32,000 bases of DNA from Kineococcus radiotolerans SRS30216 = ATCC BAA-149 (GTDB lineage Bacteria; Actinomycetota; Actinomycetes; Actinomycetales; Kineococcaceae), in contig NC_009664.2 of the NCBI RefSeq assembly GCF_000017305.1, positions 4,650,001 through 4,682,000 of the forward strand. Reading direction: 5' to 3'. The position numbers and the translations under genes were made by a program. The notes under the pieces were generated by a model that worked only from the letters and a program-made list of their open reading frames with translations, did no database searches and was not told where the DNA came from. Shown piece after piece: positions 1-8,460 of this stretch; the stretch's first letter is position 1; each line of letters opens with the position of its first letter.

Positions 1-2
1 AC

Positions 3-449
3 GTGAACGCTGGGTTGTGTGTGGACGAGGTGTTCGCTGCGGCGACCTTGCTGGGTGGGCGCAGCGTGACGTGGGCCGTGCCCGGCGACGACGCGCGACA
101 AGTCGTCTCCCAGACCGTGCGCCGCTTCGCCAGCGACGGGGCGGAGGACTACGTGCAGGTGGCTCGTGACCAGATCGCCGCGTGCGAGGCCGGTTCGCTT
201 CCCGATCTGGAGACCACCGCCTGGACCATGGTCGGTGACGGCAGCACCGGCCCGGACGTCGTTACCGCCTACGCGAAGGTTCAGGACATGGAGGGCGGGT
301 CGCTGTGGCGGGTGCGGGCGGTGCTGGAGAACGACGGGATCGTCGTCGACGTGAGCGCCGACCTCGTCCGCACCGACCCCGATGTGCTGTCGTCGACAGC
401 GGCCGGCCTGGCCGACGCGGGCCTGAAGAAGCTCACCGGGCCGCAGTGA
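3..449 (+). CDS. hypothetical protein, C-terminal part (5' end outside the window)
   Basis: Frame is open from the window edge to TGA at 447-449. Ordinary Ala/Val/Asp-rich composition with G/C-rich third positions. No family recognised. Confidence 0.5.
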   Translation: MNAGLCVDEVFAAATLLGGRSVTWAVPGDDARQVVSQTVRRFASDGAEDYVQVARDQIAACEAGSLPDLETTAWTMVGDGSTGPDVVTAYAKVQDMEGGSLWRVRAVLENDGIVVDVSADLVRTDPDVLSSTAAGLADAGLKKLTGPQ

Positions 450-505
450 GCCTCACCACCCGGCCCGCGACCCGGCCCGCGACTCTCGTCCGAGGGGTGG
501 CCGGG

Positions 506-817
506 GTGGAACTGCGCTATGAGGAGTTTGCCGCCGCTCGCGGACTGGCGCTGTAACGCCTGGCCCGCGGCCTGCTGCGTAATCCCTCCGACGCCGAAGG
601 CGTCACCCAGCGCTTCCCTGGCCGCGACGCGCTGCTCGCCGCGGTGCGCACGCTGCCGACCAAGCAGCGCTCGGTGGTCGCCCTGCGCTACCTCGACGAG
701 ATGGACGACGAGCGCATCGCCGACATCCTCGACATGACCACCGGTGCGGTGCGCGTCAACGCCAGCCGCGGGCTGGCGACCCTGCGCGCGGCCATGAAGC
801 TTCCCGCACCCGTCTGA
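506..817 (+). pseudogene. decayed partial copy of the ECF (SigE-like) sigma factor gene that is intact at 24501-24992
   Basis: Manual alignment: 506-604 matches 24501-24599 with 14 mismatches in 99 bp. A 180-bp (60-codon, in-frame) gap then follows relative to 24600-24779, removing most of sigma region 2. 622-801 is identical to 24797-24976. In-frame TAA at 554-556 where the intact copy has CAG. Confidence 0.8.
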
Positions 818-834
818 CCCCCGCACCCGTCTGA
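803..834. repeat. two copies of CCCGCACCCGTCTGA (17-bp period) spanning the pseudogene stop codon
   Basis: Copies at 803-817 and 820-834 read directly from the sequence. Counterpart of the 15-bp x3 repeat at 24978-25022. Confidence 0.8.
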
Positions 835-850
835 CCGCCGCGACGGTCAG
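831..850 (+). terminator. short GC hairpin after the sigma pseudogene
   Basis: CTGACCG (831-837), loop ccgcga, CGGTCAG (844-850). No U-tract. A weaker version (6-bp stem) follows the intact sigma gene at 25019-25043. Confidence 0.3.
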
Positions 851-1104
851 GCCTGGGCGCCGTCTGACCTGCTCCGAGTCGCTGCCCGCTGTGAAGCGGC
901 CTTCCCCGGACGGTGAGTTGGCTCCTGCCCGCGGCCCTCCAAAGCACCTCCGCCTAGTGCCATCGCAGAGATCAACCACTGGGACGAACCTGCTTGAAGT
1001 GCATGTAACAGCCACGCCACCTGATGCGTCTGACCCAATGACGGAGCCGGACACGCAGACAGTGCGACCGAACCTCCGCACCCGTTCGAAAGGTCACAAG
1101 CACC

Positions 1105-1956
1105 ATGAGCACCCAGCACCGCAAGGTTGTCACCGCCGGTGTCCTCACCGCCGCCGCGCTGCTCGCGGGCGCCGGCGTGGCCAGCGCCGCCGGCCCGGTC
1201 ACCGGCACCGGTACCGGCTCCGGCGCCCACGGCGTCCCCGCCGCCACGGTCATCCACTTCGCCCACGGCGCCACCGCTGCCAGCGTGAAGGGGACGGTCG
1301 GTCCCGGCGAGGACGACCGCTACGTCTTCGACGCCAAGGCCGGGCAGACCGCCAGCTTCCACCTGGCCCGCTCCACCTCCGCCCAGACCTGGACCCTCGT
1401 CGGCCCCACTGGTCCGGCGGTGCACGACGCGCACAGCTCCCGGCAGTCGGACTTCACCTACCGCCTGCCCGAGACGGGGCGCTACTACGTGGACATCGTC
1501 TCCACCCGCCCCTCCAGCTACCGCCTGGACCTGTCCATCCCGGCCAGCACCAAGCCCGCCAAGCCGACCAAGCCCGCGAAGCCCAGCACGGGCACCGAGC
1601 CGGGCAACGGGGGTGGGGTGCACGGGGACCTGCCGGTGGTGGCCGAGGCCACGAAGATCGACTTCCCGGCCGGTCGCACCAGCGCGTCGGTGACGGCGAA
1701 GGTCGGCCCGGCCGACCGCGCGGCGTACACCTTCGAAGCGAAGGCCGGGCAGCGGGCGCGGATCCAGCTCGACGGGTCCTCCACGGGGACGTTCGCGCTG
1801 ATCGCCCCGGACGGGACCCCGTTGCACACCACGAAGAGCCGGAACCAGAGCGACGTGACGGTGAAGCTGCCCACCAGCGGTCTGTACCGGATCGACGTGC
1901 AGGACGCGGTGCACACCGGCACCCAGCAGGTCACCTTGACCCTGCCCCGCCGCTGA
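1105..1956 (+). CDS. secreted protein with two PPC-like (pre-peptidase C-terminal type) repeats
   Basis: ATG preceded by GAAAGG. Signal-peptide-like N-terminus (VLTAAALLAGAGVASAAG). Two ~100-aa internal repeats (ATVIHFAHGATAASVKGTVGPGEDDRYVFDAKAGQ... and ATKIDFPAGRTSASVTAKVGPADRAAYTFEAKAGQ...) joined by a KPAKPTKPAKPS linker (9-bp x4, 1552-1587). Confidence 0.8.
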   Translation: MSTQHRKVVTAGVLTAAALLAGAGVASAAGPVTGTGTGSGAHGVPAATVIHFAHGATAASVKGTVGPGEDDRYVFDAKAGQTASFHLARSTSAQTWTLVGPTGPAVHDAHSSRQSDFTYRLPETGRYYVDIVSTRPSSYRLDLSIPASTKPAKPTKPAKPSTGTEPGNGGGVHGDLPVVAEATKIDFPAGRTSASVTAKVGPADRAAYTFEAKAGQRARIQLDGSSTGTFALIAPDGTPLHTTKSRNQSDVTVKLPTSGLYRIDVQDAVHTGTQQVTLTLPRR

Positions 1957-1977
1957 GACACCAGGCGGCAGTGAAGA

Positions 1978-2018
1978 CGCACGCACCGCGATCTCTAGAT
2001 GAGACCGCGGTGCGTGCG
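1978..2018 (+). terminator. strong stem-loop 22 nt downstream of the secreted-protein gene
   Basis: Perfect 13-bp inverted repeat: CGCACGCACCGCG (1978-1990) and CGCGGTGCGTGCG (2006-2018), with a 15-nt loop. No U-tract, which is common for actinobacterial terminators. Confidence 0.55.
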
Positions 2019-2405
2019 GCGGGCATCCGCGACCGTCGTCAGGACTTCGGGGGTCGTGACGGCGGTACCGGTGTCGATCAGGTGCATAGCACCCTGGTTT
2101 CCACCATCAACATTCACGCCGCCACGGTCACGGCCACCAACGCCAATGCCGCTGGTGATGCCGCCGTGGCATGGACGCTGCCCTGGCATGGACGTCGACC
2201 TGACATGAACGTTCGTCCGCGATACCTCCAACGACCAGCGCGGCTGCCGTACGCGACACCGTCGGGGGACGGCTTGGAGCTCTGCTCACCGTCAAGGCCT
2301 CTAGCTCGAATCCGGCGGGTCATCCGCGATGGGATGTGGCGGGTGTGGCCTCGCCTCGAAGAGGCGCAACACGACAGCGCAGACGGGGTTCGCCCAGGAC
2401 CGACT

Positions 2406-3557
2406 ATGTCGCGGCGGCAGATGACAGTCGCTCGACGGATGCCGTCGCGGATGTCGCTCAAGCATCCTGCTCCCGTGCCACGACCCCCTCGACTTCTTAC
2501 AAACAGGCCCTCCCTCCGGCGGTGGGTGCCCTCGGCGGCCGTCCTCGTGCTGCTGATGAGCGGCTGTTCCAGTGCACCGACGGCCGGCAGGGACGAAGCG
2601 ATGGGGGTTGCCCATGCGCCGGGGCCGGTTACGGTTGCCGTCGCCGGCGATGTTCACTTCGAGGGCTCCAGTGCGGCGGCACTGCAGCCAGACGGACTGC
2701 GTCCGGTGGCTCCGGTGCTCAGCGCCGCCGACCTGAGCCTTGTCAACCTGGAGACGGCCGTCACCGAGCGGGGTCAGCCCGCCGCGAAGCAGTACACCTT
2801 TCGGGCTCCGGCGGCGGCGTTGACGGCCCTGCGAGGCGCGGGCGTGGACGTCATCGGCATGGCCAACAATCACAGCCTCGACTACGGCAGCGTCGGGCTC
2901 TCGGACACCCTGGCTGCTGGGCGAGCCGCGAAGCTCCCCCTCATCGGCATCGGGCAGGACGCCGAGCAGGCTTTCCGGCCCTACACGGTCAACATCCGGG
3001 GTCACCGGGTGGCGGTCCTGGCCGCCACCCAGGTGCTGGACTCCTCACTGGTTCAGCAGTGGACGGCGACGAAAGAGCACCCCGGAGTTGCTGCGGTGCA
3101 GAACGCGACGGGACAGAAGCTGCTGCTAGCGGCGGTGAAGACCGCGGAGGAGCAAGCGGACTCGGTGATCGTGCTGATGCACTGGGGTCAGGAACGCAAC
3201 ACCTGCCCCCTGCCGCGGCAGGAGTCTCTGGCCGGCGACCTCATCAGCGCCGGCGCTGACGCGGTGGTGGGCTCGCACGCTCACGTGCAGCTCGGCAACG
3301 GCTGGCTCACTAAAGACGGGCGTAAAGGCTTCGTGGACTACGGGCTGGGCAATTTCGTGTTCTACGCCCGCGGTGGCGCTGCCGCACAGTCGGGTGTCCT
3401 GACCCTGCCCGCCGCTGGCGGCGTCTCCTCTGCCGCCTGGCAACCAGCGCGGATCAGTGGCGGGGTTCCGCAGCCCTTGAGTGGAGCTGACTCCGATAGG
3501 GCAGTGGCGGACAAGGAGGCGCTACGGGGATGCACCGATCTCGCGTCACGTCCTTGA
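2406..3557 (+). CDS. CapA family (poly-gamma-glutamate capsule synthesis-like metallophosphatase) lipoprotein
   Basis: C-terminal part of the 888-aa ORF. Lipobox-like signal (AAVLVLLMSGCSS), then CapA/PGA_cap-type motifs (VAVAGDVHF, VNLE, MANNHSLDYG, LMHWG, VGSHAHV). Start is unresolved among ATG 2406, 2421, 2439 and 2451. Confidence 0.85.
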   Translation: MSRRQMTVARRMPSRMSLKHPAPVPRPPRLLTNRPSLRRWVPSAAVLVLLMSGCSSAPTAGRDEAMGVAHAPGPVTVAVAGDVHFEGSSAAALQPDGLRPVAPVLSAADLSLVNLETAVTERGQPAAKQYTFRAPAAALTALRGAGVDVIGMANNHSLDYGSVGLSDTLAAGRAAKLPLIGIGQDAEQAFRPYTVNIRGHRVAVLAATQVLDSSLVQQWTATKEHPGVAAVQNATGQKLLLAAVKTAEEQADSVIVLMHWGQERNTCPLPRQESLAGDLISAGADAVVGSHAHVQLGNGWLTKDGRKGFVDYGLGNFVFYARGGAAAQSGVLTLPAAGGVSSAAWQPARISGGVPQPLSGADSDRAVADKEALRGCTDLASRP

Positions 3558-3666
3558 GCAGCCGGCACCAGTCCTCCAGCACCCATACTCCGGCAACAAT
3601 TCTGCGGTACCAATCCTCCTGGCACCGTTCGCGGGGGGCAGCACCAAGAAATAGTGGAGAGTTCGC

Positions 3667-3963
3667 ATGAGGTCAACGGCACCGATGATGAGCCCCACCT
3701 TCGCTGCCTGGGGGTGGCAACTGCAGGGTGCATGCCGGGAGGCGGACCCGGAGTTGCTCTTCCACCACGATACGGAGCGAGGGACAGGCCGCCGCCATCG
3801 CGAAGCCGCAGCCTTGGGGGTGTGCGCTGAGTGTCAGGTGCTGCGCCGATGCCGTCAGTATGCCCTGGCCCAGGGTGAGAGCAACGGCGTGTGGGGTGGG
3901 CTGACCGAGGAGCAACGGCGCCACCTGTGGGCTGGTGAGCCGCAAAGCGCATCCAGCACATGA
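3667..3963 (+). CDS. WhiB-like (Wbl) iron-sulfur transcription regulator
   Basis: 98 aa with the Wbl cysteine pattern (GACREADPELLF ... VCAECQVLRRC) and the GVWGG turn followed by a basic tail. Confidence 0.88.
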   Translation: MRSTAPMMSPTFAAWGWQLQGACREADPELLFHHDTERGTGRRHREAAALGVCAECQVLRRCRQYALAQGESNGVWGGLTEEQRRHLWAGEPQSASST

Positions 3964-4256
3964 TTGCTACCGCGTACCAGGCCTCCATCAGTCCTGGGGA
4001 GTACGCCGTCGCCGTGTCCCACGCCGTCATACGCTCGCGCGGCAGCACCGAGCGTGTCCCGCATCGTGGCGGCGCGCACTGTTGGTACCAGGTGGTTAAA
4101 GGTGGCCCCTCTGGCGATTGCTGCGAGCCCCTACCGTGGTGTCAGGCCCTGCTGCCAGGTGCGTACACGCGCCGATACCGATGCCGATACCAATACCGAC
4201 GTCGATACCGCTGCCGCGGTCGGTGCGAAGTCGACCCCACGATGAGCAGACCTTAG
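3960..4256 (+). CDS. hypothetical small Cys/Arg-rich protein (uncertain)
   Basis: ATG 3960 overlaps the WhiB stop (ATGA at 3960-3963). TAG 4254-4256 lies 2 nt before the next ATG. The first ~30 codons have G/C-rich third positions. The C-terminal RYRCRYQYRRRYRCRGRC comes from the hexamer tract and has poor codon bias. Confidence 0.35.
   Translation: MIATAYQASISPGEYAVAVSHAVIRSRGSTERVPHRGGAHCWYQVVKGGPSGDCCEPLPWCQALLPGAYTRRYRCRYQYRRRYRCRGRCEVDPTMSRP
4173..4226. repeat. hexamer-periodic tract, nine CGNNNC units (consensus CGATAC)
   Basis: Read directly: cgatac cgatgc cgatac caatac cgacgt cgatac cgctgc cgcggt cggtgc. Confidence 0.8.
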
Positions 4257-4258
4257 CG

Positions 4259-4651
4259 ATGTCTCGATCCGCGATCGATCAGGCCATGGTCACCGCGATG
4301 GTGACGTCTGCAGCGGAACGTGCTGCTGAGTGTCACCCCCGGTTCGCGGACGTGGTGCGCGCCGAGCTGACGCTTCTGCACGAACAGTTGCTGCGTGCCT
4401 CACGCTCGGTCTCCACCGGGGACGCTGCAACCAGTGCGCCGCCTTCCGCGCAGGGGTGGCAGGACTACGTGAACGCGCTGGATCGCGGGTTGAGTGAGTT
4501 GCAGGTGGAGATCGATCGCGCCGCCGAGCGTCCCGGGGCCGACCATATGCAGGGGCGTGCGGTGATGACGCTGCGCTGCCGTGCTTTAGCGTTGCTCACC
4601 CGCCCGCAGATCGGAGGAGGAGCCGAGCGGGAGGCTTCCGGGGACAGGTAG
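4259..4651 (+). CDS. hypothetical protein (130 aa, helical-looking)
   Basis: ATG 4259 lies inside the 4118..4651 ORF. G/C-rich third positions throughout. No family recognised. Contains one TTA codon (4586-4588). Confidence 0.55.
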   Translation: MSRSAIDQAMVTAMVTSAAERAAECHPRFADVVRAELTLLHEQLLRASRSVSTGDAATSAPPSAQGWQDYVNALDRGLSELQVEIDRAAERPGADHMQGRAVMTLRCRALALLTRPQIGGGAEREASGDR

Positions 4652-4673
4652 ATCGACGCGGACATCGAATGCG

Positions 4674-5207
4674 TCAGGCGGAGGAGCTGACTCCACGGGC
4701 GAAGGTGCCTCGTCCACCCGGTGGACTTCTGAGCGTCCGCAGGCTACATCGGGCGGTGTCGCTCGCCCTGCCGGGTGAACGAGTAGACCGCTGCTCGTCA
4801 TAAGGGTCGGGTAAGCGAGCATCCATCGGTCGGGGCATGTCGCCGGCCCGGTGCTCCGAAGGTGCGGAGCCGACGGTGGTGGCCCGTCGGAGGCGCGCAG
4901 CAGCCATCAGGTCAGGTAGGCGCTGCAGGTGACGCAGGGCGTTGCAGGTCACGCAGGCGCTGCGAGCGCCCGCCGCAGCGACCACGCAGAGTTGCCCGCT
5001 TTGTCGCGGTTGCTCCATCAGGCCGTCGATGTGGCCACGGGGGCGCACACCTGTCATGGCGCGCCCCGACGTCCATGTCTTCGCCGTTGCCGACGTCGTC
5101 GCGGCCACGACGAGGGTGAGCATGGTGTTCGCCAGAGTGACCTTGAGCAACCGCGACACGACAAGCAGGTGGTGTAGCTGGCCACGCAGGATGGACGCGT
5201 CGTGCAC
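4674..5207 (-). CDS. hypothetical protein (uncertain; possibly part of a frameshifted gene)
   Basis: The minus-strand frame has about 85% G/C at third positions between ~4930 and 5207 by manual count. The 3' third of the ORF has weaker bias. No family recognised. Confidence 0.3.
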   Translation of the reverse strand: MHDASILRGQLHHLLVVSRLLKVTLANTMLTLVVAATTSATAKTWTSGRAMTGVRPRGHIDGLMEQPRQSGQLCVVAAAGARSACVTCNALRHLQRLPDLMAAARLRRATTVGSAPSEHRAGDMPRPMDARLPDPYDEQRSTRSPGRASDTARCSLRTLRSPPGGRGTFARGVSSSA

Positions 5208-5351
5208 GAGCGCCTGCGACGACGCGGCACCGGCCCCACCACGACGGGCACGGGGAGGGGCGGTGCCGCCGCCACCCAGGGGGCCAGCGCACCGCCGCTC
5301 ATCAGGTGGGCTCGGCTGCTGGTGCTGGTGCTGAGGGTGCCGGCAAGGGCG

Positions 5352-5504
5352 TCAGCCGTGGCGGGCGACGACGTCGATGCTGTAGTCGTCGTGCTGCTGG
5401 TGGACGACACGCTCGACACCGCAGGCCATCGGAACCGCCGAACGCGATGCGGCTGTGATCGTTGCGACGCTTGGCTCATCTACGAGGTTCGCCCTGATCT
5501 GCAC
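5352..5504 (-). CDS. possible small ORF (50 aa from GTG 5504, or 25 aa from ATG 5429)
   Basis: Below the ORF-track size cutoff. Found by reading the minus strand downstream of the LuxR stop. The codons for MACGVERVVHQQHDDYSIDVVARHG have 23 of 25 G/C third positions. Ends at TGA (5352-5354). Confidence 0.25.
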   Translation of the reverse strand: MQIRANLVDEPSVATITAASRSAVPMACGVERVVHQQHDDYSIDVVARHG

Positions 5505-5576
5505 CTGAGGTTGCTGCGGTTGACGTGCGAGCTGGACTGCTTCCGCAAGCTCCCGTCAGGGCACCCAGGCGTGTGT

Positions 5577-8348
5577 TCAGAACTTCGTTGTCTCCCGTGC
5601 GGGCGGCATGACCTGGGCCAGCTGTTGGCGGTTGCTGATGCCCAGCTTGGGGAAGACACGGTAGAGGTGGCTTGAGACGGTCCGATGGGACAGGTAGAGG
5701 TGGTCCCCGATCTGCTTGTTGGTCAGGCCGAGCGCGGCAAGCTCGGCGATCTGCCGTTCCTGAGACGTAAGGATCTCCTCGACGGAGGAGGCAGCGTTGA
5801 CCAGCGAACGCGCTGCGCCTGATGCTCGCAGCTCCCTACGAGCCCGCTCAGCCCACGGGCGCGCCCCTTGCGCCTCAAAGACGTGCAGCGCCTCCTCCAA
5901 GTGCGTGCGGGCATCCAGTGGACGTCGCCGACGACGCAGCCACTCGCCGTACGCCAGGCTACTGCGCGCCGTTTCCAGGAGGGCGGCGCTGGTGTGCCCG
6001 CACTCGATGGATGCGACGAAGTGGCGTTCCGCCTGTTCGTCGTCGCTCAGCAGAGCACGGCTGCGGTGCACCAACGTCCATAGGTATGGCGAGGCGACTA
6101 TGGCAGCGGCCCGCTCGACAGCGTCCACGGCCCGTTGCGCCGCGGCTTCCTGCCCGCAGCGCACCGCTGCCTCTGTCAGGTCCGCCAGCGCCCACGCAGC
6201 CGTCCCAGGATGCACCGCCGTTCCCTGTAGTTCCAGCCACGCGTTGCGGTGATCCTCTTGTCCCAGAGCGGCAAGTCCTGCAGCCCAGGATGCAACTGCT
6301 GTTTCCTGCAACCGTGGCGCTCCAGCGGGCTGCCGGCTCAAACGGACGGCGGTCGATGCCGCTTCGATGTCGCCACGCCACGCGTGTGCGAGCGCGGCGG
6401 CGGCGTAGGCGACGGCCATGACGGGGCCCATCACGGATTCGGAGACCAACCGCAGCGCAAGCTCGGCGTTATCCAGCGCTGACGTGAGATCACCGAAGGT
6501 GACGTTGAACCGCGCCAGAGAGGTCAGGACCTGCGCTTCATCGCCACTTGCGCCCACCTGGTGCAACTGCTCCCTGCCTGCCAGCCAGGCGGCCATCGCG
6601 GTGGGCAGGTCGTGCAGCGCCTCGGCGGCTGCGCCGAGGGCCAGCATAACGCGCAGGTCGGTGCGTACCAGGGGCAGCAGCGCAGGCATCTGCGGCAGCA
6701 GCACTGGAGCGTAGGTCAGCGGATCGAGCATGGCGAGCGCGGTCTGTTGGGAGGGGAGAGCTGCTCCTGGGTCAAGGGCGAGCAACTCCGCAGCCACGGC
6801 CTGCTTGACGTGGTCAGGGTGCGGGCGTGAGACGCACAGCACGGCTACAGCCCAGAGCAGGTGGGTGCGTTCCATCCCTGCGTCTTTTCCGCCGGGGCCC
6901 GCAAGCTGACGCGCAGTCGCCAGCAGGCTTTCGGCGCTACGGGCCGGAACACCGGCCATGACGTCCAGACCGACCTCGCTGGAGGCCAGTTCGCTGACCG
7001 TGAAGGCGCTGGTCGCCAGCGGCACTGCTTCCCGCAATACCTGCGTCGCGAAGTGGTTGCGGCCGGCTTGGCGCGCCGTCTCGGCAGCTCGTGCCAGGCG
7101 CTCCACGCGGTCCTCTGTGCTCGGGGACAGTTGCGCGGCTCGATGGAAGGCTGTCGCCGCTTCGGCACGCGCACCACGTCGAAGCGCTTCTTCCCCGGCG
7201 CCCACCAGGGCGGCAGCGACCACCTCATCGGGGCCGTCCGCCACTGCCGCTTTGTGCCACGCCGCCCGGGCCGGGTCTAGTGCAGCGGATGCGAGCAGGT
7301 GGTGCGCCTCGGCTCGTTGCGCTGCCGTTGCGGCTGAGTAGATTGCCGAAGGAACGAGGGGGTGTCGAAAGTGGTAACGACCCTCACGCACAGCCAACAG
7401 CCCAGAGCGCTCTAGCGGGGTGAGGTCGTCACTGCGGTAGCGCTGACCGCCCAGACCACTCAGACCGGTCAAGCCCGCCAAGCGGGCGGCTGCGGCCAGC
7501 TGCGGCATGGGCAGGTCGGCGCCGGCAGCCGCCAGCAGCAGAAGGCGCCTGCTGCCTTCCGGTAGATTCTCCGCCTCGGAGACAAAGGTGGCCTCCAATC
7601 GCTGAGTGACCGGCAGACGTTGCAGCAACATCTCCGGCGGCGGGCCGCCATCGACGTGCAGACCCGCCAGAGCAGCGGGTAGCTCCCGCAGCGCCAACGG
7701 ATTGCCAGCAGCCTCCTCCAGGACTCGCTGGCGCAGCCAACCGGAGGCGGGGCCGCCGGAAGCATCCAGGAGCTCGCCAGACTGCTTCTGGTCGAGAGGA
7801 CCCAGTACGAGAACGTCTTCCGGTGGCAACCACGCCACATCTGCAAAGGGCGAGTCGGTGCGCAGGGTCATCACCAGCAGAATGGGGGCGTTGCTCAACC
7901 GTCGCGCCAAGAACTGCACCACAGTGGCGCTGGAGTGATCCAGCCACTGCAGGTCCTCCACGACGATCAGCAGAGGTTGGTGAGCGGCCACCTCCTCCAG
8001 CAGCCCCAGCGCCGCCAAGCTCGTGAGGAAGTGGTCGGGTGTCGCGGTTCCATCGTCTCCGAAAGCAGCCATCAAGGCTGTGCGCTGGCGCGCCGGCAGG
8101 GTGCGAGCCACATTGATCACCGGGTGCAGCAGGTCCCGCAACCCTTCGTAGCCTGATGCAGCCACCTGCTGCCGGCCACTGCACCGCAGCTCCTGGAATC
8201 CGGCGGCGCGGGCCATGCGGGCGGCTTCCTCCGCGAGCGTGCTCTTCCCGATCCCTGCCTCACCGGCAATGACGACCGCGCGTCCCTGGTCTTGCGTCGT
8301 GGAGACCAGGGTGTTCATGAGGGCCAATTCATGATCGCGTCCGATCAT
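5577..8348 (-). CDS. LAL-type LuxR family regulator (N-terminal AAA/STAND ATPase, helical repeat middle, C-terminal LuxR HTH), paralog 1
   Basis: Start set at ATG 8348 rather than 8609: AAGGAG lies 8 nt upstream and it aligns with the MIGRE/VIGRE starts of the paralogs. Walker A GEAGIGKS, Walker B-like LLIVVEDLQWLD, GNPLAL motif. C-terminal HTH LTSQERQIAELAALGLTNKQIGDHLYLSHRTVSSHLYRVFPKLGI. Confidence 0.9.
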   Translation of the reverse strand: MIGRDHELALMNTLVSTTQDQGRAVVIAGEAGIGKSTLAEEAARMARAAGFQELRCSGRQQVAASGYEGLRDLLHPVINVARTLPARQRTALMAAFGDDGTATPDHFLTSLAALGLLEEVAAHQPLLIVVEDLQWLDHSSATVVQFLARRLSNAPILLVMTLRTDSPFADVAWLPPEDVLVLGPLDQKQSGELLDASGGPASGWLRQRVLEEAAGNPLALRELPAALAGLHVDGGPPPEMLLQRLPVTQRLEATFVSEAENLPEGSRRLLLLAAAGADLPMPQLAAAARLAGLTGLSGLGGQRYRSDDLTPLERSGLLAVREGRYHFRHPLVPSAIYSAATAAQRAEAHHLLASAALDPARAAWHKAAVADGPDEVVAAALVGAGEEALRRGARAEAATAFHRAAQLSPSTEDRVERLARAAETARQAGRNHFATQVLREAVPLATSAFTVSELASSEVGLDVMAGVPARSAESLLATARQLAGPGGKDAGMERTHLLWAVAVLCVSRPHPDHVKQAVAAELLALDPGAALPSQQTALAMLDPLTYAPVLLPQMPALLPLVRTDLRVMLALGAAAEALHDLPTAMAAWLAGREQLHQVGASGDEAQVLTSLARFNVTFGDLTSALDNAELALRLVSESVMGPVMAVAYAAAALAHAWRGDIEAASTAVRLSRQPAGAPRLQETAVASWAAGLAALGQEDHRNAWLELQGTAVHPGTAAWALADLTEAAVRCGQEAAAQRAVDAVERAAAIVASPYLWTLVHRSRALLSDDEQAERHFVASIECGHTSAALLETARSSLAYGEWLRRRRRPLDARTHLEEALHVFEAQGARPWAERARRELRASGAARSLVNAASSVEEILTSQERQIAELAALGLTNKQIGDHLYLSHRTVSSHLYRVFPKLGISNRQQLAQVMPPARETTKF

Positions 8349-8460
8349 CGTGGCGCTCCTTGCTCGATCTTGAACCTTGACGACACTGCGGATACTCAAG
8401 GACACCGGACGGTGTGGGCGCCGCGGCGGTGCCCCAGCGAACTCGCAGGGCTGGTGGAGG

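Noticed and set aside
891-2405. N-terminal ~500 aa of the 888-aa ORF 891..3557
   Set aside because: Arg/Pro/His/Gly-rich nonsense-like sequence that overlaps the well-supported secreted-protein gene (1105-1956) in another frame and crosses a strong terminator hairpin. Only the CapA-like C-terminal part from ~2406 is credible.
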